Source of the DNA: Candidatus Poribacteria bacterium
GTDB taxonomy: Bacteria > Poribacteria > WGA-4E > WGA-3G
Direction of reading: 5' to 3'
Length of the DNA: 64,000 bases
Assembly: GCA_965214095.1 (NCBI GenBank)
Contig: OZ243938.1
Location: 960,001-1,024,000 of the forward strand
Shown: piece after piece, positions 42,354-52,709 of the stretch
Layout of the letters: each line of letters starts with the position of its first letter
Numbering within the stretch: the stretch's first letter is position 1
Position numbers and translations under genes: made by a program
Notes under the pieces: model-generated
Told to the model about the DNA's origin: nothing
What the model saw: only the letters and a program-made list of their open reading frames with translations
The model's database searches: none

Positions 42354-42382
42354 TTTAACCTGAGTTACCACCTATGTAGCAT

Positions 42383-42620
42383 AAATAATTATTTACACAC
42401 TACGGTAGGTTCGGTTTCCTAACCGAACCGGCTTTGTTCCAAATACCTTCATAGAGGTTCTCGCGTAGGATCCGGTTCGGTTAGGAAACCGAACCTACCG
42501 TCCTGGGGAAAACGCCTAATTTACACTAAATTGACGCCCATGGCTCGGTTTCCTAACCGAGCCGGTGTTTGTTCAGTCTCATAGATGCGGTTAGGAAACC
42601 GCATCTACCGGGGAGTGTGT
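42383..42620. repeat. Hybrid of two REPIN-bearing element types
   Basis: Four REP hairpins; middle matches the 7703/9191 element including TAAATTGACGCCCATGG; flanks match the 14018 element. Confidence 0.75.
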
Positions 42621-42744
42621 CAAAATTCGCTACAGTTTAGCAACTTCATAATAAATAAACATTCAACATAAATCCGAATTCAGTTGTCTATCTTATTAAC
42701 AAATTATAAACACATATAAACACAATTGAATGATGGAGAAAAAA

Positions 42745-44670
42745 ATGAAAACTAAACTTTTTGTAGTAATCAGTACAGTGATTCTTGTATCTGCTTTCTA
42801 TCTATCTGCAACGACATTAGCACACGAACCTGTTAATATTGAGCAACTCTATAAGGACGCAAATGATTTATATCATCAAGCGAATTACACTGGGGCAATT
42901 GCATTGTATACTCAAGCACTTGTAGAATCGAAGAAACCCGATGTGAGAACTGAAATGATAGACAAGGATTTCAATACTTTTATTAACTATCGGATTGCTG
43001 TTACTTATTCTCGGCTCGCGGAACAAACAAATAATGCGGATCATTACATCAACGCATTACAACATATTGAAAAAGTTGTACCAAACGCTACCATACCAAA
43101 ACACAAAGTAGGATTAACATACCTGTGGGGACATATTCTTTATCGAACACAGCAATATGAACTCGCGGAAGAAAAATTTATGCAGATAATAGTAAACTTT
43201 CCAGATAGTTTACATGTAGAGAACGCATGGTATGCTATCGGACAACTTAACTATAAAATGGATAATTATGAAGAATCTCGAACTGCATTCAGAAATATCC
43301 TTGTTAAATTCCCTACATCTGAATTCAAAGATGATGCACAGCTTATGATCGCTCAATCACTTTTTGATGAACAAGATTTTGAGATGGCTTACAAAGAATT
43401 TGATAAATTAGCATCCCCGGCATTTAAGCAATATCCTGAGTTGCAACCCGAAGCATTGTACAAAGCTGCGTACTGTATATTCCAATTGGATAGGTATGAT
43501 GAAGCAATTCAAAGATACAATGACTTCATCAAGATGTTGCCAAATAACAAATTTGTTACTGCAGCGTACTTTGATCAGGCTGCGATTTACAGTTCTCAGT
43601 TAGACTTTGACCAAGCGCGTCTCCACTACAACATGGCGTTCCAAAGCACAACTACCCGGGAACTCCAAGCCGAAATCCTAGCTAAAATTGCAGAATCGCA
43701 TTTCAAACAAGCTGACTATGTAAACGCCATCGGAAAATACACTTTGCTAATTGATCTTTATCCCGATTCTCCCTTTATCTTAGACGCAAAACTCGGTATT
43801 GCTGACAGCTATTTCCAACTTGAACGCTGGAACCAGGCAATTACTGTATATAGAGAAGTTATTGAATACCAATCGGGTGAAATCCAACGTCTTGGTGCTA
43901 AAGAACAAGGTTACATACCATATAGTTCATATCAAGTAGCCAAAGTATATTTCAATCTTGGAACCTTTCAGAAAGAAACTGGCCAGCTTACGCTGGCAAC
44001 TGCCTCGTTCAAACAAGGATTGACTTGGTACCAAAACACCGTTGACAATTATCCTGACAACAAAATTGTGCCACATGCAGCCTATGGTGTATTTTGGACG
44101 TTCAATGAATTAGAACGGTATAATGACTTGGAAAAAGCTGCAAAAGAATATATTGAAAAATACCGAAACGATATTGAATTTGATAAATTTGCTGCAGAGG
44201 TGCAACTGCGACTCGCTGATATCAAGCGCACCGAATATAAACAATATATTGAGGCAGCAAGAGAATATGCTGATATCGCAGATTACCGTAAACTTCCTAA
44301 ATTTCATTATATTCAGATGATGGCAAAATTCTTTGAGGGTAAATGCTATTTTGAGGCTGCAAAACCAATTGATTATATAGAAGGGGATCTATCCGCAAAG
44401 TTTAATACAGACCTTCTCAAGAAATCTGTTGCTGCTTTTCAAGAAGTAAGTAAAAGGTATTCTGATGAAACTTTTTTACCAGGTGTAAATAATGGGTTGT
44501 ATCAAGATTTTCCTGAACGTATTCCGCAGGTAGAGGCTGCACTGATGGATGAAGCACAATCACAGCAGATGCTTGGAAACTATGATGCAGCTCGGAATTG
44601 TTACAAGAGAATTCCCGAGAATAGTGAATACTATGAACAGGCACAACTTCAATTAGAAAACTTACAGTAA
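42745..44670 (+). CDS. Secreted TPR protein (BamD/YbgF-like repeats)
   Basis: Signal peptide; repeated ..FP.S....A...IG units. Confidence 0.85.
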   Translation: MKTKLFVVISTVILVSAFYLSATTLAHEPVNIEQLYKDANDLYHQANYTGAIALYTQALVESKKPDVRTEMIDKDFNTFINYRIAVTYSRLAEQTNNADHYINALQHIEKVVPNATIPKHKVGLTYLWGHILYRTQQYELAEEKFMQIIVNFPDSLHVENAWYAIGQLNYKMDNYEESRTAFRNILVKFPTSEFKDDAQLMIAQSLFDEQDFEMAYKEFDKLASPAFKQYPELQPEALYKAAYCIFQLDRYDEAIQRYNDFIKMLPNNKFVTAAYFDQAAIYSSQLDFDQARLHYNMAFQSTTTRELQAEILAKIAESHFKQADYVNAIGKYTLLIDLYPDSPFILDAKLGIADSYFQLERWNQAITVYREVIEYQSGEIQRLGAKEQGYIPYSSYQVAKVYFNLGTFQKETGQLTLATASFKQGLTWYQNTVDNYPDNKIVPHAAYGVFWTFNELERYNDLEKAAKEYIEKYRNDIEFDKFAAEVQLRLADIKRTEYKQYIEAAREYADIADYRKLPKFHYIQMMAKFFEGKCYFEAAKPIDYIEGDLSAKFNTDLLKKSVAAFQEVSKRYSDETFLPGVNNGLYQDFPERIPQVEAALMDEAQSQQMLGNYDAARNCYKRIPENSEYYEQAQLQLENLQ

Positions 44671-44737
44671 AAAATAAGGTCGCAGATAATAAAACTGATT
44701 TTCTTGAACAAGAATCTATAAAATAGTGACTTTGAGT

Positions 44738-44855
44738 TATAGTGGAATTTACAATTGATAGGACATGTCTCAGAGGGCGAGGAAACCTCTCCCTACGGGA
44801 CTTGTGGTACTTGCAAGTGCATTGAAATGTCTTCTTAATTCTAAACTTTACTATA
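44738..44855. mobile_element. MITE-like element (TATAGT...ACTATA) with one REP
   Basis: TATAGTGGAATTTACAATT / AATTCTAAACTTTACTATA around GAGGGCGAGGAAACCTCTCCCTAC. Confidence 0.65.
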
Positions 44856-44908
44856 AATAAAAACCATTCTTTCATAATCATTGAAACTTGAAAGAGAAAC
44901 GGAAACAC

Positions 44909-46219
44909 ATGGAAAATGCCAGTTCATTGAACGAAGAACTTAGTCAATTCGTCGGACAGATGGGTATACTATCTGATACAGAGAATTCATACTATTCTTA
45001 TGACGATTGTGCTCCGATGGCAGTTGTCCTGCCAGAATCTGTTCAAGAAGTGCAAGAGGTACTTCGTTATGCATCAGAACACGGTTATACAGTGATACCT
45101 GCTGGAGCAGGGACAAAACTTGGTATCGGCAATTTATCAGAAAAATGTGATATTGTTCTGGCATTGACCCGCCTTAACAACATCGTAGAATATGAACCTG
45201 CTGATTTGACTGTGACCATTGAAGCAGGTATCCGTTTGGCGGATCTACAAACTGAATTGGCAAAAAATAGACAGTTCTTCCCAATGAACCCGCCTTATTC
45301 AGATCGCTGCACTATCGGTGGGATTGTTGCGACGAATGCCAGTGGTCCGCTCCGACTTCGCTATGGCACTGCTCGAAACCAAGTCTTAGGATTGCGTGTA
45401 GTGCATGCAAGCGGAACTGTCGTCAAAAGCGGTGGAAAGGTCGTCAAGAATGTCGCTGGATATGATCTAAATAAACTTTATATTGGTTCGTATGGAACAC
45501 TTGGTATAATCACTGAGGTGACCCTAAAGTTGGCACCGTTACCAATACGTCAGGCAATCATAGCATCTCAATTTCAGAATGTTCAGAATGCAGCCAAGAT
45601 GGGATTAAGTGTCGTTAGTTCGCAAACACTGCCAACATTTGCAAATTTATCAGTCAATCATTCAATTGAAATGTTCTCTGAAAAGAAACCAACGTTAATC
45701 ATTGGATTTGATGGTGAACCTGAGACTGTCACTTGGCAGCTAAACACAGTTCAAACACAATTGGAACAAAATGGTGCTGACGGTGTGCAAATTGTTGAAG
45801 ATGAATCATATCATTCTATGTGTAATGAAATTCAAGAATTTCCGAATGTTGTCAGCGAATTAGGTCATGTTATCGTTAAAGTTAATCTCAAACGAACCGA
45901 TATTGTAAATTATCTGGAGGCGAATCTTAAAGACTCAGAAATGGTGATGGTATTATTAGGTAATGGCGTTATCTATCTCAAGATACCAATAAACTCTGGT
46001 ACTGATCTTCAACAGGTAGTACATACATTAACGCAAATGCGTCAACGTGCAATAGATACGGGAGGAAATCTTATTATTGAATCTGCACCGACTGAAGTCA
46101 AACGACAGATTGATGTTTGGGGTCCGATTGGGACCACGCAAAACTTAATGAAACAAATAAAAGCAAAATTTGATGGAGCTGCACTACTCAATCCCGGTCG
46201 TTTTGTTTCAAGCATATAA
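44909..46219 (+). CDS. FAD-binding oxidoreductase (GlcE-like)
   Basis: GGKVVKNVAGYDL, GSYGTLGII, LNPGRF. Confidence 0.85.
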   Translation: MENASSLNEELSQFVGQMGILSDTENSYYSYDDCAPMAVVLPESVQEVQEVLRYASEHGYTVIPAGAGTKLGIGNLSEKCDIVLALTRLNNIVEYEPADLTVTIEAGIRLADLQTELAKNRQFFPMNPPYSDRCTIGGIVATNASGPLRLRYGTARNQVLGLRVVHASGTVVKSGGKVVKNVAGYDLNKLYIGSYGTLGIITEVTLKLAPLPIRQAIIASQFQNVQNAAKMGLSVVSSQTLPTFANLSVNHSIEMFSEKKPTLIIGFDGEPETVTWQLNTVQTQLEQNGADGVQIVEDESYHSMCNEIQEFPNVVSELGHVIVKVNLKRTDIVNYLEANLKDSEMVMVLLGNGVIYLKIPINSGTDLQQVVHTLTQMRQRAIDTGGNLIIESAPTEVKRQIDVWGPIGTTQNLMKQIKAKFDGAALLNPGRFVSSI

Positions 46220-46221
46220 TA

Positions 46222-46324
46222 TATAGTAGATTTTGAAATTACTTGAATACTCTGCGTCGACGAGGTTAGGAAACCTCGCCTACCGTGGGTCGAAAGTGTC
46301 AACTTATATTTATAATTCACTATA
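46222..46324. mobile_element. 103-bp MITE-like element, copy of 5833-5935
   Basis: Same length, ends and internal REP. Confidence 0.75.
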
Positions 46325-46410
46325 TATTCCACAAATCTATCCTGAGCAACATTCACTTTTTTGGTTGTTCTTGAAAATCATATATCACGCTATATTTTAG
46401 GAGTGAAAAC

Positions 46411-48012
46411 ATGGATAAAACAAAAGGAAGGATATTGTGGATTGATAATGTTGAAGAAACACCGCTTACCCACCCAAATTTGAAATCTGAGTTGAAGCCC
46501 TATATTCGCTTTATGGAGTTTCAAGGATACAATGTTTCCTATGCTGATAGTGATATTGATGGGATTAATTTACTCAAGGATAAGACGTTCCACGCAGTTA
46601 TACTTAATTGTGAAGTGCAAAACAGTGAATTCTTACCGACAGTTCGGGCAACAGATGCACATATACCTATTATTCTGCTAACAGAGACAGGTGGTCAGGA
46701 GATAATGTCGCAAGCAAGTATGCATGGTGTTGACGATGTGTTGATCATGCCTACAAGTCCGAGACAACTCATTTCTTCACTTTCGCTGTTACTTGAAAAG
46801 CAGAGAATGCGGGAGGCATATACACCACAAGTTTATGTCAAGAACTACAATAGGCAACGCACTTATGACGACCATCAGATGCATACGATTCCTGATAACG
46901 ATTGGCAAACGTGGATAGATACCTATATCCAATTCATAGAATGGGATATTATGTTTGATGGTCTTTCAAACATTGATGAACTAAAAACTATCCATGCACG
47001 TGAGAAACGGGAAGCCAACGCAAACTTTACCGAATATGTCAAAAACAACTATAGTTTATGGCTTGAGGGTGAAAACTCTCCTACCATGTCTGTAGATGTC
47101 TTTTACAAACATGTTATCCCTGAGATCCAAATCGGGAAGTCTGTGCTTTTTGTCGTGATGGATTGTATGCGGTTAGACCATTGGTTGAAAATTGAACCAA
47201 TCCTCTATCCTGATTTCCACATGACAAAGCATTATTACTACTCAATTTTACCCACAGCAACACGCTATTGCAGAAATGCTATTTTTAGTGGACTTTTCCC
47301 GAGAGATTTATCTGAAAGATACCCAGAACTCTATGCAGAACCTGATAATGAACACACAAGTATCAACCGTTTTGAAAAAGAGTTGATGCTTTTACAACTG
47401 GATCGGCATGGTATAGCATTAAAACCGTCACCACACTACTTCAAAATATTTGATATCCGCGGGGAAACACAATACATACAATGGTTATACGAAACAAAGC
47501 GGATAAGTTTAGCTGCTATGGTTGTAGGATTCCTGGACATGTTTACACACATACGAAGCGAGGTAGAACTATTTCAACAACTTGTTCCCAATGAAGAGTC
47601 GTTTCGATCCTTTGTACAGACTTGGTTTCAAAATTCACCAATACATAATATTTTTAGACTTGCAGCAGAACGCGGTATGACTATAATAATAACATCAGAC
47701 CACGGTTCTGTCTTATGCCAGAACCCCGCAAAAATATCCAGTCGTCATGAACTTACAAGTGGTCTACGACTTAAAGAGGGGAAGGATATAATATCCAGTC
47801 CAGATTCGGGTTTTCTAATCGATGAACCAGAAAAATACAGATTACCCGGCAACGGGTCGGAAAAGGACTACATCCTTGCTACAGGAGATAATTATTTTAT
47901 TTACGAAAACCAGTATAACTCAAATAAAGAGATATTTCAGGGAAGTTTCCAACACGGTGGCATATCACTTGAAGAGATAATCCTACCTGTTGTTATCCTT
48001 GAACCAAGTTGA
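46411..48012 (+). CDS. PorX-like receiver + PglZ (alkaline phosphatase superfamily) protein
   Basis: ILPTATRYCRNAIFSG, TSDHG, FQHGGISLEE; N-terminal receiver-like segment. Confidence 0.85.
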   Translation: MDKTKGRILWIDNVEETPLTHPNLKSELKPYIRFMEFQGYNVSYADSDIDGINLLKDKTFHAVILNCEVQNSEFLPTVRATDAHIPIILLTETGGQEIMSQASMHGVDDVLIMPTSPRQLISSLSLLLEKQRMREAYTPQVYVKNYNRQRTYDDHQMHTIPDNDWQTWIDTYIQFIEWDIMFDGLSNIDELKTIHAREKREANANFTEYVKNNYSLWLEGENSPTMSVDVFYKHVIPEIQIGKSVLFVVMDCMRLDHWLKIEPILYPDFHMTKHYYYSILPTATRYCRNAIFSGLFPRDLSERYPELYAEPDNEHTSINRFEKELMLLQLDRHGIALKPSPHYFKIFDIRGETQYIQWLYETKRISLAAMVVGFLDMFTHIRSEVELFQQLVPNEESFRSFVQTWFQNSPIHNIFRLAAERGMTIIITSDHGSVLCQNPAKISSRHELTSGLRLKEGKDIISSPDSGFLIDEPEKYRLPGNGSEKDYILATGDNYFIYENQYNSNKEIFQGSFQHGGISLEEIILPVVILEPS

Positions 48013-49430
48013 CATACTCACCGAGCTAAAGCTCCGGTGATTCTTTTGAAGAATCACACAAGCGATTGTGGTATCAACAAGGGGTGCTTGCCGAAGCAAG
48101 TCTGATCCCCTCTACTCCAAAGGTAGATGCCCCTACCTTATGAATATTAATAGCAGCGTTTATATCGCGGTCATGTTGGATTTGACATTTATGACAATAC
48201 CAATTGCGAATACTCAGATCAAAGAACATTTGGATTTGCCCACAGGCGTGACAGACTTTGCTTGTAGGTGTCCATCTGTTAATTATTTCAACGCGTTTGC
48301 ATCTTTTCTGTGCTTGCCACTTGATTTTCTGCATGAAGTCGCCAAAGGCATAGTCAGAAACTTTACGTCCCCAAAGACGTTTCATGCCTTCAAGATTCAG
48401 GTCTTCAAAGAAACAGACATCAAACTTTCGGACAAGTTCAAGAGCAAGTTTCCAGTGATGGTCTTCGCGTTGCCGATTGATTTTTCTATGCACGCGTGCC
48501 GAGTGTTTCCTCACACGGCGGCGATTATTACTGCCTTTTTGCTTCCGAGACAACGCACGACTCGCACGTTTTATCAGTTTAGAAGCAGACTTATAGAATT
48601 CAGGAGATTGATATTTCGTGCCATCGGAACAGGTGAGAAAATCCTTGAGTCCAAAGTCAAACCCTGCTGTCTTACCAGTCTTAGGTGCAGGCTCAAGTCC
48701 TTCAGCATCTGTTGTGATAGTGATATGCCAATCGCCTACTGCGTCTTTCTTAACGGTAACCTGTTTGATATTACCTTCAATAGGTCGACTATACCAGAAG
48801 CGATACCATCTTCTATTAATACGGATTTTCGCAACGGGACATCCGCCTGTTTTGTCAATGGGTTCTATTTTGACTTGACTTCCATCAAAGGTCATAGATT
48901 TGTACTTATACCGACTTCTAAATTTAGGTGGACGCTTCGCCCTACCTTCAAAGAAGTTTTTCCAACCTCTGTCAACGCGTTGGATACATTCTTGCAAACA
49001 CCAAGAATATGGAATAGACCAATGTTGGTATCTACCAAGTCGTTTCAGTTTTGTCAAATGCTTAATCATCCGAAATGCACTCGGTCGCTTGTAACCTTCG
49101 CATTGTCCATATATCCTGTAGTGCCGTTGCCACAACGCAATAAAATGATTATGGACATGGGCAATGATATGCAGGTCTTTTTGCAAATGACGATTTCTTT
49201 TATGTTTTTGTCCCTTGTATTTGTAGGTTCGCATTACATATCCTTCGCATTACATACTGCTATGAAATGGTGCGGTGGCACTCTCAAGCGAGAGGTCGTA
49301 TCCACCGCTGTAATGCGGAACAGAGTATACTATAAATACACGAAAATGTCAAGTTTTTTTGATTGATAAATATGTTAGCGGTATCTACATCCCCGTGCTA
49401 AAGCATCGGGGTCTTGACACCGAAGATATG
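48009..49430 (-). mobile_element. IS200/IS605-family element, tnpB only (IS1341-type)
   Basis: Right end GAAT-hairpin-TCAA; left end AAGA-hairpin after target TTAT; both fit IS608 guide/cleavage pairing rules. Confidence 0.88.
48074..49234 (-). CDS. tnpB: TnpB RNA-guided endonuclease
   Basis: RuvC D (GFDFG), E (FEDL), D (DRDINAA); CxxC/CxxC zinc finger; promoter TTGACA-17-TATACT at 49352-49324. Confidence 0.93.
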   Translation of the reverse strand: MRTYKYKGQKHKRNRHLQKDLHIIAHVHNHFIALWQRHYRIYGQCEGYKRPSAFRMIKHLTKLKRLGRYQHWSIPYSWCLQECIQRVDRGWKNFFEGRAKRPPKFRSRYKYKSMTFDGSQVKIEPIDKTGGCPVAKIRINRRWYRFWYSRPIEGNIKQVTVKKDAVGDWHITITTDAEGLEPAPKTGKTAGFDFGLKDFLTCSDGTKYQSPEFYKSASKLIKRASRALSRKQKGSNNRRRVRKHSARVHRKINRQREDHHWKLALELVRKFDVCFFEDLNLEGMKRLWGRKVSDYAFGDFMQKIKWQAQKRCKRVEIINRWTPTSKVCHACGQIQMFFDLSIRNWYCHKCQIQHDRDINAAINIHKVGASTFGVEGIRLASASTPC

Positions 49431-49478
49431 ATAATAAGACCAATCAAAATAATTGTCTCTATTTAGGAGATCTAAAAT

Positions 49479-51344
49479 ATGATAAGAAACACCAAACTCA
49501 ACATACTGTTTCAATTGATCCTGTTAACCTGTTTCGCAATAATTCTTCCTATTACTACAAATGCTCAGTTTCCTGAATTAGATTTGTCTGGTAATCTACC
49601 TGTTGAAAAACTCACTGCAGAAACGTATATTTCTTTTGATAAAGTTCAATCCGGCAGTGAATTTCAAATTGCAGTTGTTGTGACAATAGCAGATGGTTGG
49701 CATGTCAACGCTAATCCTACACGCGACCCGCTTATACCAACAACGATTGCAGCACCTGATTTGCCGAATATAACCTTCGGAGATGTGGTATATCCGGCAG
49801 GTGACACGCTCAATATCGCCTCAATCGGTTTAGCTTCAGTATATCACGATACTGTATCCTTCGGTATTTCCGCAACTTTACTGGAAAGTGCCCCAGTTGA
49901 ACATATTAATGTGGATTTAGAACTTCGTTATCAGGCATGTAATGATGAACAGTGTTTGTTACCTGAAACCTTGAACGTATCAATACCGATTGAAGTTGCC
50001 AGCACAGAAGAGACTGTCATGTCTGTTAATGACACGATTTTTGCAAACATTGCATTTGATGGACAGCAAGATGGTGAAAGCAAGAAAGAAGGCGGTCTTG
50101 CGGGGGCACTTTCCGGTGGAAACCTATTGCTGGCATTTATACTGGTATTCCTTGCAGGAATTGTAACAAGCTTAACACCTTGCGTCTATCCTCTGATCCC
50201 GATTACAGTTTCAGTCTTTGGCGCAAATGAGTCAACTGGTGTGCTCAGATCATTTCTACTGTCTCTTGTGTATGTATTTGGTATTATTTTAACTTATTCA
50301 ATACTTGGTGTTGTAGTTGCCTCAACGGGTGCAGTTTTTGGACAAGTGATGGCAAATCCTTTTGTAATTGGCTTCATCAGTTTGATTTTATTTGCTCTTG
50401 GACTTTCTATGTTCGGTGTATTTGAAATTCAGCTGCCATCATCTGTGCAGAACCGATTGAACACTGTCGGTGGAACAGGATTTATTGGTGCCTTTGCGAT
50501 GGGAACAGTTGCGGGGATAATCGCCGCACCTTGTACAGGTCCTGCCTTAGCTGCAGTGTTAGCATACATAGCAACAACAAGCAGCGTTGTCATTGGTTTC
50601 TGGTTGATGTTCACCTATGCTCTCGGCATGGGTTTATTATTCATCTGTATAGGCACCTTCTCTGGTTTGATATCCTCTCTGCCGCGTTCTGGTGGATGGA
50701 TGTATATTTTGGAAAATGTCTTTGGGATCGCAATAATAACGGTTGCTCTTTACTTCCTCAAAGATGTCTTTGAACCATTAAAAAGTTTTCTTATAAACTC
50801 ACTTCCGTTTTTTGCTTTTGCTGGCGTTTTAGTTTTAATTGGACTTTGGCTTGGTAAGTTAAAAGAACGGTTTCGTGGTATTTCTTCTGGGATGCGCGTT
50901 AGAAAAGCATTTGGTCTCTTGCTTGCAATTCTCGGTGCCTATATGATAGTAGGAGGACTGCAACAACCTGTTGCCGGTCCGCATCTGACCTGGAATTACG
51001 ACAATGAACCGGCTGCACTTCAAGCAGCCAAGCAGGAAGACAAACTGGTGATGCTTGACTTTTATGCAACGTGGTGTGCTGCTTGTAATGAATTGGACCA
51101 TAAGACTTTTTCAAATCAAGAGGTAATTGATAGGTTAGAGAATTATGTCACCGTGAAACTTGACTTCAGCATAAAATCTGATGAGGTATTGACAGAGAAA
51201 TTCAAGATCGTTGGCTTGCCAGTTGTCATTTTTATGGACGCAGAAAGCAATATCTATGAACGGATTGAAGGGTTTGTTGAGCCGGAGGAAATGCTCAAAA
51301 TAATTGACAAAGTTGAATCAAAAGCCAAAGACAACAAATTATAG
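49479..51344 (+). CDS. dsbD: DsbD-family thiol:disulfide interchange protein
   Basis: YQACNDEQC, SLTPCVYP, AAPCTGP, FYATWCAAC. Confidence 0.9.
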   Translation: MIRNTKLNILFQLILLTCFAIILPITTNAQFPELDLSGNLPVEKLTAETYISFDKVQSGSEFQIAVVVTIADGWHVNANPTRDPLIPTTIAAPDLPNITFGDVVYPAGDTLNIASIGLASVYHDTVSFGISATLLESAPVEHINVDLELRYQACNDEQCLLPETLNVSIPIEVASTEETVMSVNDTIFANIAFDGQQDGESKKEGGLAGALSGGNLLLAFILVFLAGIVTSLTPCVYPLIPITVSVFGANESTGVLRSFLLSLVYVFGIILTYSILGVVVASTGAVFGQVMANPFVIGFISLILFALGLSMFGVFEIQLPSSVQNRLNTVGGTGFIGAFAMGTVAGIIAAPCTGPALAAVLAYIATTSSVVIGFWLMFTYALGMGLLFICIGTFSGLISSLPRSGGWMYILENVFGIAIITVALYFLKDVFEPLKSFLINSLPFFAFAGVLVLIGLWLGKLKERFRGISSGMRVRKAFGLLLAILGAYMIVGGLQQPVAGPHLTWNYDNEPAALQAAKQEDKLVMLDFYATWCAACNELDHKTFSNQEVIDRLENYVTVKLDFSIKSDEVLTEKFKIVGLPVVIFMDAESNIYERIEGFVEPEEMLKIIDKVESKAKDNKL

Positions 51345-51353
51345 GTAATTCAC

Positions 51354-52442
51354 ATGGAATCAAACAAACAGACAGAAAATAAATCGTCCTTTTCTTTTCA
51401 TCGTTGGTTAGTGTATTTAGAAATAATTGCCGTCATCGGTTTTTTAGTGGTTGCTGTATTGTACACGCAACGCGGTGGGGCAGAACCAGATACGCCATCA
51501 TTGTCGCAAGCGGAGAAGTTCCTTTCTGAAGCAGATGCACACTATGACAAACAGGATTTGGCTACAGCACTATACTTCTATTGGCAAGCGTTACAAGCGT
51601 TAGAAACTGACAAGACTGAAGAGAATAAAGCAGACCGTTTACATGCTAATCTACGAATCGCCGAGATATATTCTCAGAGTAATTGGTTCAAAGATGCGAA
51701 ATCACGACTTGCTCATGCGGCACATATCCAACCGGATCATAAGGATGTTCTGCTTTTGAGTGGCAAATTCCTGCGTGATGAAACTTTACCTGAAGAAGCA
51801 ACTGAAAAGTTTTTGGCAGTCTTGGACAAGTATCCAGATGATGCAGAGGCGCACTATCTACTCGGTGTCTTATATCAAGGAAGTAAACAGTATGATAATG
51901 CGTCAAAACACTATCGTGCCGCAATTGATAACGACCTGGAACTTACATATATTCCTTCTGAAAAAGCCCCAATCGGTATACTTGCACGACTTCAATTGTC
52001 ACGCACCTATAATAAGATGTTTCTTGGTTACAGATTTCTTGACAGAGAACTTACCGACGCGGATATGAAAGAGATTTCTCGCCTCGAATCTCAAGCGATC
52101 ATTCTGTTAGAGGAAGCCATTCAACTGAACCATGGGACACCTGAGATTATAGACGATCTTATTCGTTTACTATACGTGAGAGCAAACGCGCTCAAACGCG
52201 AAGCTGCTACACGACCTTATGCGGATGCCCTTGAAGTATATGAAAGGATTGTGGAACTTGATCCCACGGAAATTCAGGCGTGGCAGGAGATGGGAGATAT
52301 CTATTACGGTTTTCTTGTTGATAAAGAAAAGGCACTTGAGATGTACCGGAAAGTATATGAAATTGAAGCACACGCTACGACTTTAGCCATAATCAAATCG
52401 CTTGAAGCAGAGATTGCTGATGGTATGGAAGGAGCGGAATGA
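51354..52442 (+). CDS. Membrane-anchored TPR protein
   Basis: N-terminal TM helix; AEAHYLLGVLY TPR motif. Confidence 0.8.
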   Translation: MESNKQTENKSSFSFHRWLVYLEIIAVIGFLVVAVLYTQRGGAEPDTPSLSQAEKFLSEADAHYDKQDLATALYFYWQALQALETDKTEENKADRLHANLRIAEIYSQSNWFKDAKSRLAHAAHIQPDHKDVLLLSGKFLRDETLPEEATEKFLAVLDKYPDDAEAHYLLGVLYQGSKQYDNASKHYRAAIDNDLELTYIPSEKAPIGILARLQLSRTYNKMFLGYRFLDRELTDADMKEISRLESQAIILLEEAIQLNHGTPEIIDDLIRLLYVRANALKREAATRPYADALEVYERIVELDPTEIQAWQEMGDIYYGFLVDKEKALEMYRKVYEIEAHATTLAIIKSLEAEIADGMEGAE

Positions 52443-52488
52443 AGCATTTACTTATCGGTGTGCTGAAGGATTGTGAAGGAAAGAGAGA

Positions 52489-52560
52489 AGCCGATGAGAG
52501 GATTTGAACCTCCGACCTACTGATTACGAATCAGTTGCTCTTCCCCTGAGCTACACCGGC
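52489..52560 (-). tRNA. tRNA-Thr(CGT)
   Basis: GCCGGTGTAGCTCAG...ACTGA-TTCGTAA-TCAGT...GGTTCAAATCC. Confidence 0.95.
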
Positions 52561-52580
52561 ACATATAGTGCAAAGAAAAA

Positions 52581-52653
<73 letters not shown>

Positions 52654-52709
52654 TTAAGTATTTATAATACCATTAAATGATAGGGTTGTCAAATAATTTC
52701 GCTGAATTT

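Noticed and set aside
48068-49366. 432-aa plus-strand ORF
   Set aside because: Antisense shadow of tnpB with no recognisable motifs; long antisense frames are common in these elements
49443-49447. TTGAT as target/TAM of the first IS
   Set aside because: The AAGA guide and ~18-nt distance to the hairpin favour TTAT at 49431-49434
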